Below are positions 1 through 10,013 of a stretch of 64,000 nucleotides of DNA, in pieces. The position numbers and the translations under genes were made by a program. The notes beneath the pieces are model-generated. The model made no database searches. It was not told where the DNA came from and saw only the letters and a list, made by a program, of their open reading frames with translations. Position 1 is the first letter of the stretch. The number at the start of each line of letters is the position of its first letter. This DNA comes from Fidelibacterota bacterium (GTDB lineage Bacteria; Fidelibacterota; Marinisomatia; SCGC-AAA003-L08; JACNLC01), in the NCBI GenBank assembly GCA_024277615.1, contig JAJRUW010000054.1:2944-66943 (forward strand), read 5' to 3'.

Positions 1-1
1 C

Positions 2-253
2 GCCGGAGGCATTGCAACTCCCGCTGATGCCTCACTAATGATGCAGCTGGGTGCCGAAACGGTTTTTGTGGGATCCGGTATTTTTATGAGCGAGGACCCT
101 CAGGCCAGAGCCGCTGCCATTGTGCAGGCCGTAACCTATTATGATGACCCCAAAAAGCTGGCGGAGATTTCAGCCGGACTTAAAGACGCCATGAAAGGTA
201 TCGATATGGCGGAAATTCCCGAAGGTCAGCGCTTGCAGGAGCGTGGCTGGTAG
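2..253 (+). CDS. pdxS: Pyridoxal 5'-phosphate synthase subunit PdxS, C-terminal fragment (5' end lies outside the window)
   Basis: The frame is open from nt 2 and reads [28 protein letters not shown]...QERGW. This matches the conserved PdxS C-terminus, which ends in ERGW. The TAG stop overlaps the pdxT start. Confidence 0.9.
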   Translation, partial: AGGIATPADASLMMQLGAETVFVGSGIFMSEDPQARAAAIVQAVTYYDDPKKLAEISAGLKDAMKGIDMAEIPEGQRLQERGW

Positions 254-819
254 TGCCGGTGGGAGTTCTGGCTCTGCAGGGTGATTTCGAAAAACACCGG
301 CAGATGCTGCAGCGGCTTGATATGGAATCCATCCCTGTAAGATACCCTGATAACCTGAAGGATTGCAGCGGCTTGATCATCCCCGGCGGTGAATCCACCA
401 CCCTGACAAAGCAGATCAACTATGCAAATCTCAGAGCGCCCCTGCTGGAATTTGCCGACGATAAACCGGTTTTCGGAACCTGTGCGGGACTGATCATGCT
501 GGCTGAAACGGTAGATGACGACCGGGTAGCACCGCTGGGTCTGCTGGACATGACCGTCTCACGGAACGGCTGGGGACGGCAGGTCCACTCCTCAACAGAG
601 GAGTTAAAACTGAGTTTTTCAGCCGGGACACCTTTTCAGGCAGTTTTCATACGGGCACCGGTGGTTACGGGCACAGGTCCTTCCGTGACGATACTCGCAA
701 GTTACGGCGATCAGCCCGTACTCATCACGGATGGCAGGCATCTGGCCTGCACCTTTCATCCGGAATTAGGCGAGGACTGCCGGGTTCATGAATATTTCAA
801 GAGATTAATGGATGTTTGA
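253..819 (+). CDS. pdxT: Pyridoxal 5'-phosphate synthase glutaminase subunit PdxT
   Basis: 188 aa with VGVLALQGDF, a GTCAG nucleophile-elbow Cys and a FHPE motif, typical of PdxT/SNO class I amidotransferases. GTG start immediately after pdxS. Confidence 0.9.
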   Translation: MPVGVLALQGDFEKHRQMLQRLDMESIPVRYPDNLKDCSGLIIPGGESTTLTKQINYANLRAPLLEFADDKPVFGTCAGLIMLAETVDDDRVAPLGLLDMTVSRNGWGRQVHSSTEELKLSFSAGTPFQAVFIRAPVVTGTGPSVTILASYGDQPVLITDGRHLACTFHPELGEDCRVHEYFKRLMDV

Positions 820-2692
820 TTATAAATTATTAAGTCAGATCGAGGGTCCTGACGACCTGAAAAAGCTGACTGTCGCCGAACTGGCTGAGTTGTCCGATGA
901 ACTGACGCACATGATCAGGACTACCGTTGAAGATGTGGGCGGACATTATGCCACACCGCTGGGTGTGGTTGACCTCACCATTGCACTGCATTATATTTAC
1001 AATTCACCCACAGATAAACTGGTTTGGGATGTGGGGCATCAGGCTTATGCCCATAAAATCCTCACCGGGCGTCGGGACAGGTTCAATACTCTGCGGCAGA
1101 AAGGTGGTATAAGCGGATACCTGCGTCGAACGGAAAGTCCGCACGATGTCATCGGAGCCGGGCATGCCAGCACGGCTATTTCTTCCGCGCTGGGAATCGC
1201 CCATGCAAGGGATATGAATGGTACCGATGAGAAAGTGATTGCCATTGTGGGTGACGGGGCCATGACCGGCGGTCTTTCGTGGGAAGGCATTAACAATCTG
1301 GGATATCACAGAACACAGTTGGTGATCGTCCTGAACGACAACAGCATGTCCATTTCCCCAAGCGTCGGTGCGCTTTCGAAATACCTCACAAAAATCACCA
1401 CTCACCCGACCTACAATAAAATGCGGGATGACATCTGGCATGTCACCGGGCGAATCCCGGGAAGACTCTCACAATTCACCCGCCGGATACTAAGAAAAAC
1501 GGAAGAAGGCATTAAAGGTATTCTCACACCCGGTGTACTTTTTGAAGAACTTGGGTTACGCTATATCGGGCCGGTTGACGGGCATTCTATGGAAGATCTC
1601 GTACGGACCTTCAAAGCCGTCAGATCGATGCCGAATCCCACTCTGGTACATGTTTATACCCATAAAGGGAAGGGCTCTGAGCTGGCCGAGGCTGAGCCGT
1701 CCAAATATTACAGTCTGCCGGGTAAAAGTGTTTCCAAAAAGCAGAAACCGGCACCGGATTATTCGAAAGTATTTGGCAGCGTTGCGGCACAGTTGGCAGA
1801 ATCGAACGAAAAGATCATCTGCATCACTGCTGCCATGGGAATTGGCACCGGCATGTCGGAATTCTCCGAAAAATTCCCCGGGAGGTATAAAGATGTGGGC
1901 ATCGCAGAAGAACATGCCGTCACCTATGCATCGGGTCTGGCGACGGACGGTTTCAGACCCATCGTGGCGCTCTATTCCACTTTTATGCAGCGGGCCTGGG
2001 ACAATATTTTTCATGATGTATTACTGCAGAATTTACCGGTGACTTTCTGTCTGGACCGCAGCGGTGTGGTGGGCTCCGACGGCCCCACGCATCATGGTAT
2101 TTTTGATATTGCCCTTTTAAGACAGTTACCGGGTATGATCGTTACGGCGCCCGGAAACGGAGATGAATTACGGGATCTGGCAGCCACCGCTTTGTATCAG
2201 AATCAGGCTTTTTCAATCCGCTATCCCAAGGCGACCAGTGAAAAATTTACACCCGGCAGGGAGCCCGAAATTCTTCCCATTGGCGGCTGGGAGACTCTGC
2301 ACAGCGGTGAAGAAATAGCGTTGCTGGCTACCGGGAGTATGGTTGAGATCGCCTTGTCCGCCATGGATGAAATTAAGAAAACACTGGGCTTTGCTCCTAC
2401 GCTGATCAACGCCCGTTTTATCAAGCCTATGGACGAAGAACTCCTCACGAGCCTGGCCCAAAACCACCGGTACCTGCTCACACTCGAAGAGGGGATTCTT
2501 GCAGGCGGTTTCGGCAGCGGGGTTCTGGAATTCATCAGCGATCGGCAGATCAGAGTGAAAGTTGACCGCCTGGGGATCGGCGATCGTTATATCGAACATG
2601 CCACCCGCCGCGAACAATTAAATGAACTGGGTTTCACAACGCAGGGAATCCTGCAAAAAATTCAATCGCTACGAGGTAAAAAGGATGGATGA
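812..2692 (+). CDS. dxs: 1-deoxy-D-xylulose-5-phosphate synthase
   Basis: 626 aa with the [14 protein letters not shown] and GDGAMTGG (TPP-binding) motifs. Full-length DXS architecture. Confidence 0.95.
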   Translation: MFDYKLLSQIEGPDDLKKLTVAELAELSDELTHMIRTTVEDVGGHYATPLGVVDLTIALHYIYNSPTDKLVWDVGHQAYAHKILTGRRDRFNTLRQKGGISGYLRRTESPHDVIGAGHASTAISSALGIAHARDMNGTDEKVIAIVGDGAMTGGLSWEGINNLGYHRTQLVIVLNDNSMSISPSVGALSKYLTKITTHPTYNKMRDDIWHVTGRIPGRLSQFTRRILRKTEEGIKGILTPGVLFEELGLRYIGPVDGHSMEDLVRTFKAVRSMPNPTLVHVYTHKGKGSELAEAEPSKYYSLPGKSVSKKQKPAPDYSKVFGSVAAQLAESNEKIICITAAMGIGTGMSEFSEKFPGRYKDVGIAEEHAVTYASGLATDGFRPIVALYSTFMQRAWDNIFHDVLLQNLPVTFCLDRSGVVGSDGPTHHGIFDIALLRQLPGMIVTAPGNGDELRDLAATALYQNQAFSIRYPKATSEKFTPGREPEILPIGGWETLHSGEEIALLATGSMVEIALSAMDEIKKTLGFAPTLINARFIKPMDEELLTSLAQNHRYLLTLEEGILAGGFGSGVLEFISDRQIRVKVDRLGIGDRYIEHATRREQLNELGFTTQGILQKIQSLRGKKDG

Positions 2693-4334
2693 CAAATACA
2701 GGTCAGCGGAAAATAAATGGAAGGAAGCCGTCAAAACAGCCAGGCAAAGGTCCTACAGTTTTGATACGGCATCCGGTGAAAAAGTAAAGCTCCTCTACAC
2801 TCCGGACATACCCTCAGCGGATTACTCTGATAAGCTGGGATTCCCCGGTCAATATCCCTACACGAGAGGGGTCCATCCCAATATGTATCGCGGCAGACTG
2901 TGGACTATGCGGCAGTTCGCCGGGTTCGGTAGTCCTGAAGATACCAATGAGCGTTTCAAATATCTCATGAAACAGGGTCAAACGGGTTTGTCTGTGGCCT
3001 ACGATATGCCGACTCTCATGGGTTATGATTCGGATCACCCCTTTGCACAGGGAGAAGTCGGGAAATGCGGTGTGGCGGTAAGTTCTCTGGCGGATATGGA
3101 AACTTTATTTGACGGCATAAACCTTGGAAGTGTCAGTGTCTCTCAGACCATCAACGGTCCGGCAGTTATTTTGCTGGCTTTTTATATTGCCGTGGCTGAA
3201 AAGCAGGGAGTGAACGTGGCCGAGTTGCGCGGGACCCTGCAGAATGATATCCTCAAAGAATATATCGCTCAAAAAGAATGGATCTTTCCGCCTGAGGAAT
3301 CTATGCGGGTAATCACGGATATGATCGAATACTGCACCCGATATCTGCCGAAATACAATACCATCTCGGTCAGCGGCTATCATATACGCGAAGCCGGTTC
3401 AACCGCAGCGCAGGAATTGGCCTTTACCCTTTCGGACGGGTTCACCTATGTGGAATATGGTATTGAACGGGGGCTGAATGTGGATGACTTTGCACCCCGG
3501 CTGTCCTTTTTCTTCAATTCACATCTGGATTTTTTTGAAGAAATTGCCAAATTCAGAGCAGCCCGTCGGATCTGGGCGCGACATATGAAAGAAATATATG
3601 GCGCTCAAAATCCTGCTTCCTGGAAGTTACGGTTTCACACACAGACGGCAGGCTTTTCCCTCACTGCCCAGCAGCCCGAGATCAATATTGCCAGGACGGC
3701 TTTCCAGGCCCTTGCAGCAGTCATGGGGGGGACACAATCGCTGCATACGAATTCCATGGATGAGACCCTGGCGCTGCCTACCCGCAAAGCTGCGGAGATT
3801 GCCCTGAGGACCCAGCAACTCATAGCGTTTGAAACCGGTGTTCCCAATGTAATTGATCCCCTGGGCGGTTCCTGGTATGTGGAAGACCTGACCGATAAAA
3901 TCGAAGCCGCTGCCGAAAAATATTTCAAAAAGATCAAAGATCTTGGAGGTGTAGTCAATGCCATCGAGCAGGGATTTCAGCAGCGGGAGATAGCCGAAGC
4001 TTCATCCGCCTATCAGAATAAAGTTGATGCGCAGGAACGCTATGTGGTGGGTGTCAATAAATTCATCAAGGAGGACGAAAAAATAGAAATCCCCATTCTT
4101 GAGATTGGTGGTGAGATCGAAGACAGGCAGGTGGAGAAACTTAAGGATTTGAGAACTTCCAGAAATGAGGATGAGGTCAGGAAATGTCTGCAGGCGGTTA
4201 CCACAGCCTGCAGGAGTGATGAAAATATCATGCCCTCCATTATCTTTGCCGCCAAAGCCTACGCCAGCTTAGGAGAAATCGTGGATGCAATGAAAAAAGT
4301 CTTCGGAGAGTGGCAGGAAATGTCGGTTATTTGA
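2685..4334 (+). CDS. Methylmalonyl-CoA (acyl-CoA) mutase, catalytic large-subunit domain only
   Basis: Motifs [37 protein letters not shown] and SGYHIREAG match the MCM alpha TIM-barrel. There is no C-terminal B12-binding domain. The start was chosen at ATG 2685 (MDDKYR); the ORF track's 2622 start lies inside dxs. Confidence 0.85.
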   Translation: MDDKYRSAENKWKEAVKTARQRSYSFDTASGEKVKLLYTPDIPSADYSDKLGFPGQYPYTRGVHPNMYRGRLWTMRQFAGFGSPEDTNERFKYLMKQGQTGLSVAYDMPTLMGYDSDHPFAQGEVGKCGVAVSSLADMETLFDGINLGSVSVSQTINGPAVILLAFYIAVAEKQGVNVAELRGTLQNDILKEYIAQKEWIFPPEESMRVITDMIEYCTRYLPKYNTISVSGYHIREAGSTAAQELAFTLSDGFTYVEYGIERGLNVDDFAPRLSFFFNSHLDFFEEIAKFRAARRIWARHMKEIYGAQNPASWKLRFHTQTAGFSLTAQQPEINIARTAFQALAAVMGGTQSLHTNSMDETLALPTRKAAEIALRTQQLIAFETGVPNVIDPLGGSWYVEDLTDKIEAAAEKYFKKIKDLGGVVNAIEQGFQQREIAEASSAYQNKVDAQERYVVGVNKFIKEDEKIEIPILEIGGEIEDRQVEKLKDLRTSRNEDEVRKCLQAVTTACRSDENIMPSIIFAAKAYASLGEIVDAMKKVFGEWQEMSVI

Positions 4335-4430
4335 CAAAAAACCGGATAACTGAATTTCATTTTGTAATATATCGCTGAAATCGGGCAATTTAAGCTTGAT
4401 TTTTCTACAATTTAATGACGGAATGACCAA

Positions 4431-5561
4431 TTGACAAATAAAAGTACTGTTTTTGATCATGCACGCCCCTTTACGATTGGCGTTGAAGAAGAGTACATGC
4501 TCTGCGACCCTAAAACCGGTGAACTGATTAACAGGGCAAACGAATTAATGGCCGCTCTGCCCCAAAACTTTAAATCGAGATTCAGCTACGAACTGATGCT
4601 TTCTGAAATCGAAACCAATACACCGGTTTGCGGGACGGTTTCGGAAACTGTTGGAGAGATCATCAAGTTACGGTCTCTGGTGAAAGATCTCGGTGCGGAA
4701 CTGGGATACAGAATCGGTATCAGCGGAACGCACCCCACTGCTCTCCCCGGCACTCAAACCTATGTGGATACAACAGGCTATAACTGGGTCACGGATCAGA
4801 TGCGAAGCTATGCAGACCAGAATATGACCTTTGCGACGCATGTACATATTGCTGTCCCGGGTGCGGAGACTGCAATCCATGTATGCAATGCACTCAGACG
4901 CTGGATCCCTCCGCTGTTGGCGATAAGTGCAAACTCACCATTTTTTGCCGGAAAGGATACGGGCTTTAGCTCCGCAAGGACACTCCAGTTCGGAATTTTC
5001 CCCCGCACTAATATTCCCATGAGATTTAAAAATTTTGCGGAATATGAAGCGCTGGTCGAGCTCTGGAAAAAAACCGGTACTATTGCCAGACCCCGCCATA
5101 TCTGGTGGAAAATCCGGCCGAGCCTGGATTTCGGAACCCTCGAGTTCAGGATTTTCGATGCGCTAAGGTCCCTGAAGAAACTGGAGCTGATCATTGCCAT
5201 ATCCCAGGCGCTGATCCATCAGTTGACAGAAGACCTGCAACAGGGTTGTCTGCCGGAAGAACTTTCACCGGAATTGTTAAACGACGGTCTTTGGAAAGCT
5301 GCCAGATTTGATTTTGGGGAACCTCTCATTGATACAGGTACCCTCGAAGTACTCACGATGCACGACTTTGTCAAAATGCTTGGGGAGTATTGTGCGCCGG
5401 CTTTGCGACATTTCGGAAACGAAAAAGTCCTCAATACGCTGGAGGACATACTGAAAAACGGCACGGAAGCTGCCGGACAATTAAAAGAGTTCAAAGCCGG
5501 AGATATGGCTTCATTGAAATTATTCCTGATGGATGCTGTGGACTATTCTGTAGATGATTGA
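4431..5561 (+). CDS. Carboxylate-amine ligase, YbdK / GCS2 family
   Basis: 376 aa. The N-terminal FTIGVEEEYML and overall similarity match glutamate-cysteine ligase family 2 (YbdK). TTG start. Confidence 0.8.
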   Translation: MTNKSTVFDHARPFTIGVEEEYMLCDPKTGELINRANELMAALPQNFKSRFSYELMLSEIETNTPVCGTVSETVGEIIKLRSLVKDLGAELGYRIGISGTHPTALPGTQTYVDTTGYNWVTDQMRSYADQNMTFATHVHIAVPGAETAIHVCNALRRWIPPLLAISANSPFFAGKDTGFSSARTLQFGIFPRTNIPMRFKNFAEYEALVELWKKTGTIARPRHIWWKIRPSLDFGTLEFRIFDALRSLKKLELIIAISQALIHQLTEDLQQGCLPEELSPELLNDGLWKAARFDFGEPLIDTGTLEVLTMHDFVKMLGEYCAPALRHFGNEKVLNTLEDILKNGTEAAGQLKEFKAGDMASLKLFLMDAVDYSVDD

Positions 5562-6336
5562 TTTCCACAACCATCTCATTCCGCATGTTGACGATGGTGC
5601 AAAAACCATGGAGGTTGCCGCAGAAATGATGGCCGGAGCAATCGAACAGGGAATTACCGAGATCATTGCTACACCTCACCGCCAGCACCCGAAGTTCGAG
5701 ATGCTGCGGGTTTCGAATGAAGATATTCTCTCTGCTTATAATGACCTGCAGGACTACATCAGGATCCGCGAGATACCCCTCAAAGTCCATCTTGGCGCCG
5801 AAGTGTATTTTCAATCCAATCTCCTGGCACTGATCAATCACCCCTTCGCACTCCTGGGGAGCTCACGCTTCATCCTGGTGGAGTTTTCGACCGGCTTTTT
5901 ACCTCTGATTTACAAGGCAATTTTTGAACAGTTGATGGATCTGGGAGTTACTCCCATAATCGCCCACCCGGAACGCTACTCTCCGATTTATTCAGATTTT
6001 TCAATCCTGAAGAAGATTTACAATTCAGGGGTTTTGATCCAGGTGGATGCAGGCAGTCTGCTGGGAACGCTGGGCAGGCGGTCTGAAAAGATTGCCAAAA
6101 AGATCCTCACCGGCGGCTATGCGCATTTTATCGGTTCCGATGCACACAACACGACCAGTAGAAATTTTTGTCTCGCACCGGCCTATGAACTTGCCAGGAA
6201 ATTGATTGGCGCTGATGCGGAAATCCTTGTGACGCATAATCCATCGGCATTAATATATGATGATGAAATAATTTCTATACAACAGAAAAGCAAAAAATTC
6301 GTCCGAAAAATCAGTCATTTCATATCTAAAAAATAA
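5554..6336 (+). CDS. PHP-family protein-tyrosine phosphatase (CpsB/YwqE-like)
   Basis: MIDFHNHLIPHVDDGA at the N-terminus, then IATPH, AHPERY and GSDAH motifs, characteristic of CpsB/CapC Mn-dependent tyrosine phosphatases. Confidence 0.75.
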   Translation: MIDFHNHLIPHVDDGAKTMEVAAEMMAGAIEQGITEIIATPHRQHPKFEMLRVSNEDILSAYNDLQDYIRIREIPLKVHLGAEVYFQSNLLALINHPFALLGSSRFILVEFSTGFLPLIYKAIFEQLMDLGVTPIIAHPERYSPIYSDFSILKKIYNSGVLIQVDAGSLLGTLGRRSEKIAKKILTGGYAHFIGSDAHNTTSRNFCLAPAYELARKLIGADAEILVTHNPSALIYDDEIISIQQKSKKFVRKISHFISKK

Positions 6337-6354
6337 TATAGGAGAACCCCTGTT

Positions 6355-7428
6355 ATGTCACGCAAAATTGTCCACATAGTGGGTACCGGGACTATCGGTG
6401 AGCCCCTGATTGGTTTGTTTTGTGATTTTAAGGAAGAACTTGGAATCGACGAAGTTACTTTCCATAAAAATACACCTTTAACCACAGACCGCTCAAAGGT
6501 AAAATCTCTTTTCAGAAGGGGTGCGAGATTAGCTGCACGGGCGGACCGCATGGATGGTTTCAGGGCTATTGATATCAAACCGGAATTTGAGACGGAAGAG
6601 GCCATTGACAGGGCTTCAGTAGTGATCGACTGCACACCCAGCGGAATCGGCCAGCAAAACAAAGCCGAATTCTATGAGAAGTATTTACATAATACTATCG
6701 GTTTCATTGCCCAGGGCAGTGAATTCGGTTTCGGGAAAATGTATGCCAGGGGCATCAACGATGAGGTGTTGGTATCGGAAGAAGACAAGTTCATACAAGT
6801 GGTCTCCTGTAACACTCATAATTTATCGGTCATTATCAAAACTCTTGGAATTGACGATGAGCCTGAAGGCAATCTGGTCTCAGGCCGTTTTGTGGTTATC
6901 CGCAGGGCTAATGATGTTAGCCAGGCTTCGGGATATATCCCTTCACCGCAAGTCGGGAATCATAAAGATGATCAGTACGGAACCCACCACGCCCGCGATG
7001 CTGCTCTGCTGTTCCAGACCAAAGGAATCAACCTGGATCTTTTCTCATCGGTGATCAAGGTCAATACGCAATATATGCATGTGCTGCAATTTCATTTGAT
7101 TGTCAACACACCTACGACACTACAAAGGGTTATCGCCAAATTCGAGGCCAACGACCGTATCGCCACTACAGATAAGATCGATGCCTGCGAAGTCTTTTCC
7201 TTCGGTCGTGATCATGGTCATTATGGCCGGATCCTGAACCAGACGGTAGTCGCCATCAAATCATTGCATGTGAGCAAAAACGGGAAAGAGATCACCGGAT
7301 TCTGTTTTACGCCGCAGGACGGGAATTCACTTTTAAGTTCGATTGCCGCCACGGAGTGGTTCCTGTACCCCAAGTCTTACGAAAGCAAGATCCAATACCT
7401 GAAACCATTCCTGTTTGATGAGGTCTAG
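6355..7428 (+). CDS. Type II (archaeal-type) glyceraldehyde-3-phosphate dehydrogenase family oxidoreductase
   Basis: N-terminal Rossmann loop VGTGTIGE. VVIDCTPSGIG, VVSCNTHNL (catalytic Cys context SCNT), VVIRRANDVSQ and THHARD are collinear with archaeal GAPDH motifs (IDCTPEGIG, VVSCNTTGL, IVRRGADP, SHHGPD). Confidence 0.6.
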   Translation: MSRKIVHIVGTGTIGEPLIGLFCDFKEELGIDEVTFHKNTPLTTDRSKVKSLFRRGARLAARADRMDGFRAIDIKPEFETEEAIDRASVVIDCTPSGIGQQNKAEFYEKYLHNTIGFIAQGSEFGFGKMYARGINDEVLVSEEDKFIQVVSCNTHNLSVIIKTLGIDDEPEGNLVSGRFVVIRRANDVSQASGYIPSPQVGNHKDDQYGTHHARDAALLFQTKGINLDLFSSVIKVNTQYMHVLQFHLIVNTPTTLQRVIAKFEANDRIATTDKIDACEVFSFGRDHGHYGRILNQTVVAIKSLHVSKNGKEITGFCFTPQDGNSLLSSIAATEWFLYPKSYESKIQYLKPFLFDEV

Positions 7429-7514
7429 AGATAAAACTCAGGATTGAGAAGATTACCAGCGGACCCTTTCAGGAAAATTCCTATCTCCTCTGGAAGGAGC
7501 CGAATCAGACGGCC

Positions 7515-8063
7515 GTGCTCATTGATCCGGGAGATGATGCCCCATCGATTTTCCGGGCTTTGGAGGAGTACGAGCTGACCCTGGATGCGATGTTGTGCAC
7601 TCATGGACATGTGGATCATATCACTGCCTCAGGCGAGCTCAAAGCCGCTACCGGCGCCAGGATATTCATTCACGAGCGGGACCAGTGGCTGGTGGATGAC
7701 CTGCCGAACCATTGCCGTTATTTGAATCTGCCCACCGTTGAACCCCCGGTGATTGACGCCTATTTTCAACCTGGTAAGGAATTATCAATAGGCAGCATGA
7801 ATTTTGAGGTAATCGAAACTCCGGGTCACACTCCCGGCGGTGTCTGTTTGAGGATGGGGGAACATCTGTTCGTGGGAGATACCCTGTTTCACCTGTCCAT
7901 CGGTCGAACGGACCTCCCGGGAGGGAATTATGATCAACTCATGCGGTCAATCCGACAAAATCTGTTACCCCTGGACGGAGCACTCATCATCCACTCGGGA
8001 CACGGGCCGGATTCTACTTTGGAGACGGAAAAAAGCCGGAATCCTTTTTTAGCTGAAAGGTAA
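7515..8063 (+). CDS. MBL-fold metallo-hydrolase (glyoxalase II-like); true start probably upstream at about 7431-7443
   Basis: HGHVDH zinc motif, ETPGHTPG and GHG. The first canonical start is GTG 7515, but MBL-like sequence (KLRIEKITSGPFQENSYLLW) continues in frame up to the TGA at 7419-7421. Confidence 0.8.
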   Translation: MLIDPGDDAPSIFRALEEYELTLDAMLCTHGHVDHITASGELKAATGARIFIHERDQWLVDDLPNHCRYLNLPTVEPPVIDAYFQPGKELSIGSMNFEVIETPGHTPGGVCLRMGEHLFVGDTLFHLSIGRTDLPGGNYDQLMRSIRQNLLPLDGALIIHSGHGPDSTLETEKSRNPFLAER

Positions 8064-8064
8064 T

Positions 8065-9450
8065 ATGCCCGACAGGGTAGTTGCAGCAAAATTACAGTCA
8101 TTTGCACGAGCAGATGGCGTATTGATGGATCGGGTGAAAATCCTGTTAGCCGTTTCGGGCGGAATTGACAGCATGGTGATGCTGGATATTTTTCTGAAAC
8201 TGAAAAACGATTTTGGATTCAAACCGGCTGTGGCACATGTGGACCACGGACTGCGGCAGGATTCGAAACTGGATCATGACCTCTGCCTACGGGCAGCGGA
8301 GAAGGCGGCAATCCCTTTTTATTCCAGGCGGCTGTCAGCCTCGGCGATTAAAGGGTCTGTTGAAGACTGGGCCCGGCGGGAAAGATATGCATTTCTCAAT
8401 GAGACTGCCGAAGCAAAGGGGTTTCAATGGATCATGACAGCTCATCATCAGGATGATCAGGTTGAGACGATTTTCATGCGCCGGCAGGGGCGGGCCCGCT
8501 GGTCAGCATTGGCGGGAATCCGGGAAAGTATCGGCAGAGTTCGCAGACCGATGTTGGGTGTAACTCGCACAGAAATTGAAAACTATGCCCGCTCCCGTTC
8601 GGTGATCTGGCATGAAGACCCCTCCAACAGGAATGCAAAATTCCGCCGCAATGCGGTGAGGTTTGATAAACTGCCCGGTGCCAGGCTTGCAAATGCAAAC
8701 ATCACTGAGGAGTTACTGACAATATCGGCTGAATCCGCCGATAAGTTTTTACAGATTGGCAGAAAGCTTGAAGGATTAAAATCCGAACTGCTGGTTGAAG
8801 CCGATTTTGAGAACGGAGAAATCATTCTCAACAGGTCAAACTTTCAAAAACTGGATACGGATGAAAAGAAGATATTAGTGCAATCCCTGACCGCAAAGAT
8901 CAGGGAAGTTGCCTTTATTACAGCCACGGCAGGTCATTGGGAATCATTTTGGCAGTATATTACGACCTCGGGTACCGGTACAATTTTTGAACTCACACAG
9001 GAAATTTCCTGTCTCATTGACCGCAAAGGGCTGATCCTGTTCAACCGGAAGAAATTTAAAGAAACCTCCAGGGTGCGCATAACGTTAGCAGAGACCTGCT
9101 GGTTTAGCGGAAAACTAACAGTTCGACCTGCAGATACTCAAGAATTTTCTGCGGATAAAAATTTTCTGCTGATTACAAACTCTGTTTTTAAAGCGGGGCT
9201 GTTCGTCAGAAGCTGGAAAAAAGGCGACAGAATTCTCACCCACAGCCTGAAAAAATCGGTGAAGCTGAGTGATCTGTTCATTAATCATAAGCTGTCACGC
9301 CTGGAAAAATTAAAGCAGCCCGTCGTGGTGGATATAGAGGATAAAATCCTGTGGCTTCCCGGTATCGCTCACAGCCTGCCGGCCGGCGGCGGAATGCAGA
9401 AAAAGGGAGACATAATAAAACTCACATGGCAGAAGAAAGAAAAACACTAA
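8065..9450 (+). CDS. tilS: tRNA(Ile)-lysidine synthase
   Basis: PP-loop SGGIDSMV, the HVDHGLR motif and a TilS C-terminal domain. Sits in the conserved tilS-hpt-ftsH arrangement. Confidence 0.9.
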   Translation: MPDRVVAAKLQSFARADGVLMDRVKILLAVSGGIDSMVMLDIFLKLKNDFGFKPAVAHVDHGLRQDSKLDHDLCLRAAEKAAIPFYSRRLSASAIKGSVEDWARRERYAFLNETAEAKGFQWIMTAHHQDDQVETIFMRRQGRARWSALAGIRESIGRVRRPMLGVTRTEIENYARSRSVIWHEDPSNRNAKFRRNAVRFDKLPGARLANANITEELLTISAESADKFLQIGRKLEGLKSELLVEADFENGEIILNRSNFQKLDTDEKKILVQSLTAKIREVAFITATAGHWESFWQYITTSGTGTIFELTQEISCLIDRKGLILFNRKKFKETSRVRITLAETCWFSGKLTVRPADTQEFSADKNFLLITNSVFKAGLFVRSWKKGDRILTHSLKKSVKLSDLFINHKLSRLEKLKQPVVVDIEDKILWLPGIAHSLPAGGGMQKKGDIIKLTWQKKEKH

Positions 9451-10013
9451 AACTACCGGCAGGCTACCCGTTTGCAGGACAAGTGCTCGAAGAGATGCTC
9501 TCGCAGGAAGCAATCAGTAAAAGGGTAAAGGAACTCGCGGCAGAGATCTCATCCCGATACGAGGGTAAAATCCCCATTATCATTGGCGTACTGAACGGAT
9601 CATTTTTATTTATGGCGGACCTGGTGAGGAATTTAACCATCGATTTCGAGGTGGACTTCATCAAGATATCATCCTACGGCAGTTCGACAACGAGTTCCGG
9701 TACGGTGAGACTGCTTAAGGATATCAGTGCCGATATTACCGGCAGGGATGTGATCGTCGTCGAAGATATCGTCGATACAGGGCTGTCCCTTTCCTTCCTG
9801 AAACATCGGCTGGAAAATGCTGGCCCGGAATCTGTGGCATTTGTGACCTGTCTCTACAAACCTGAGATTGCCAGACATGACTTTCCCATAGACTTCATCG
9901 CGTTCAGCATAGAAAACCGCTATGTTGTGGGCTACGGACTGGACCTGGATCAAAAATTGAGAGGATTACCCTCTATTTATGCCTTCAAGGAAGGAGAACC
10001 TGATAATGGCTGA
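9426..10013 (+). CDS. hpt: Hypoxanthine phosphoribosyltransferase
   Basis: PRPP-binding motif VIVVEDIVDTGLS and flexible loop SSYGSST. The start was chosen at ATG 9426; the ORF track's 9351 start lies deep inside tilS. Confidence 0.85.
   Translation: MAEERKTLKLPAGYPFAGQVLEEMLSQEAISKRVKELAAEISSRYEGKIPIIIGVLNGSFLFMADLVRNLTIDFEVDFIKISSYGSSTTSSGTVRLLKDISADITGRDVIVVEDIVDTGLSLSFLKHRLENAGPESVAFVTCLYKPEIARHDFPIDFIAFSIENRYVVGYGLDLDQKLRGLPSIYAFKEGEPDNG

Noticed and set aside
2622-2684. N-terminal extensions offered by the longest-ORF track (mutase 2622, hpt 9351, sorC 34817, mlaF 55040, rpiB 52545, porV-like 57281, ybgF-like 45547, mreD 41971).
   Set aside because: The extensions overlap the preceding gene or lack homology and hydrophobic or signal character. 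An internal ATG that matches family N-termini or signal peptides was preferred in each case.
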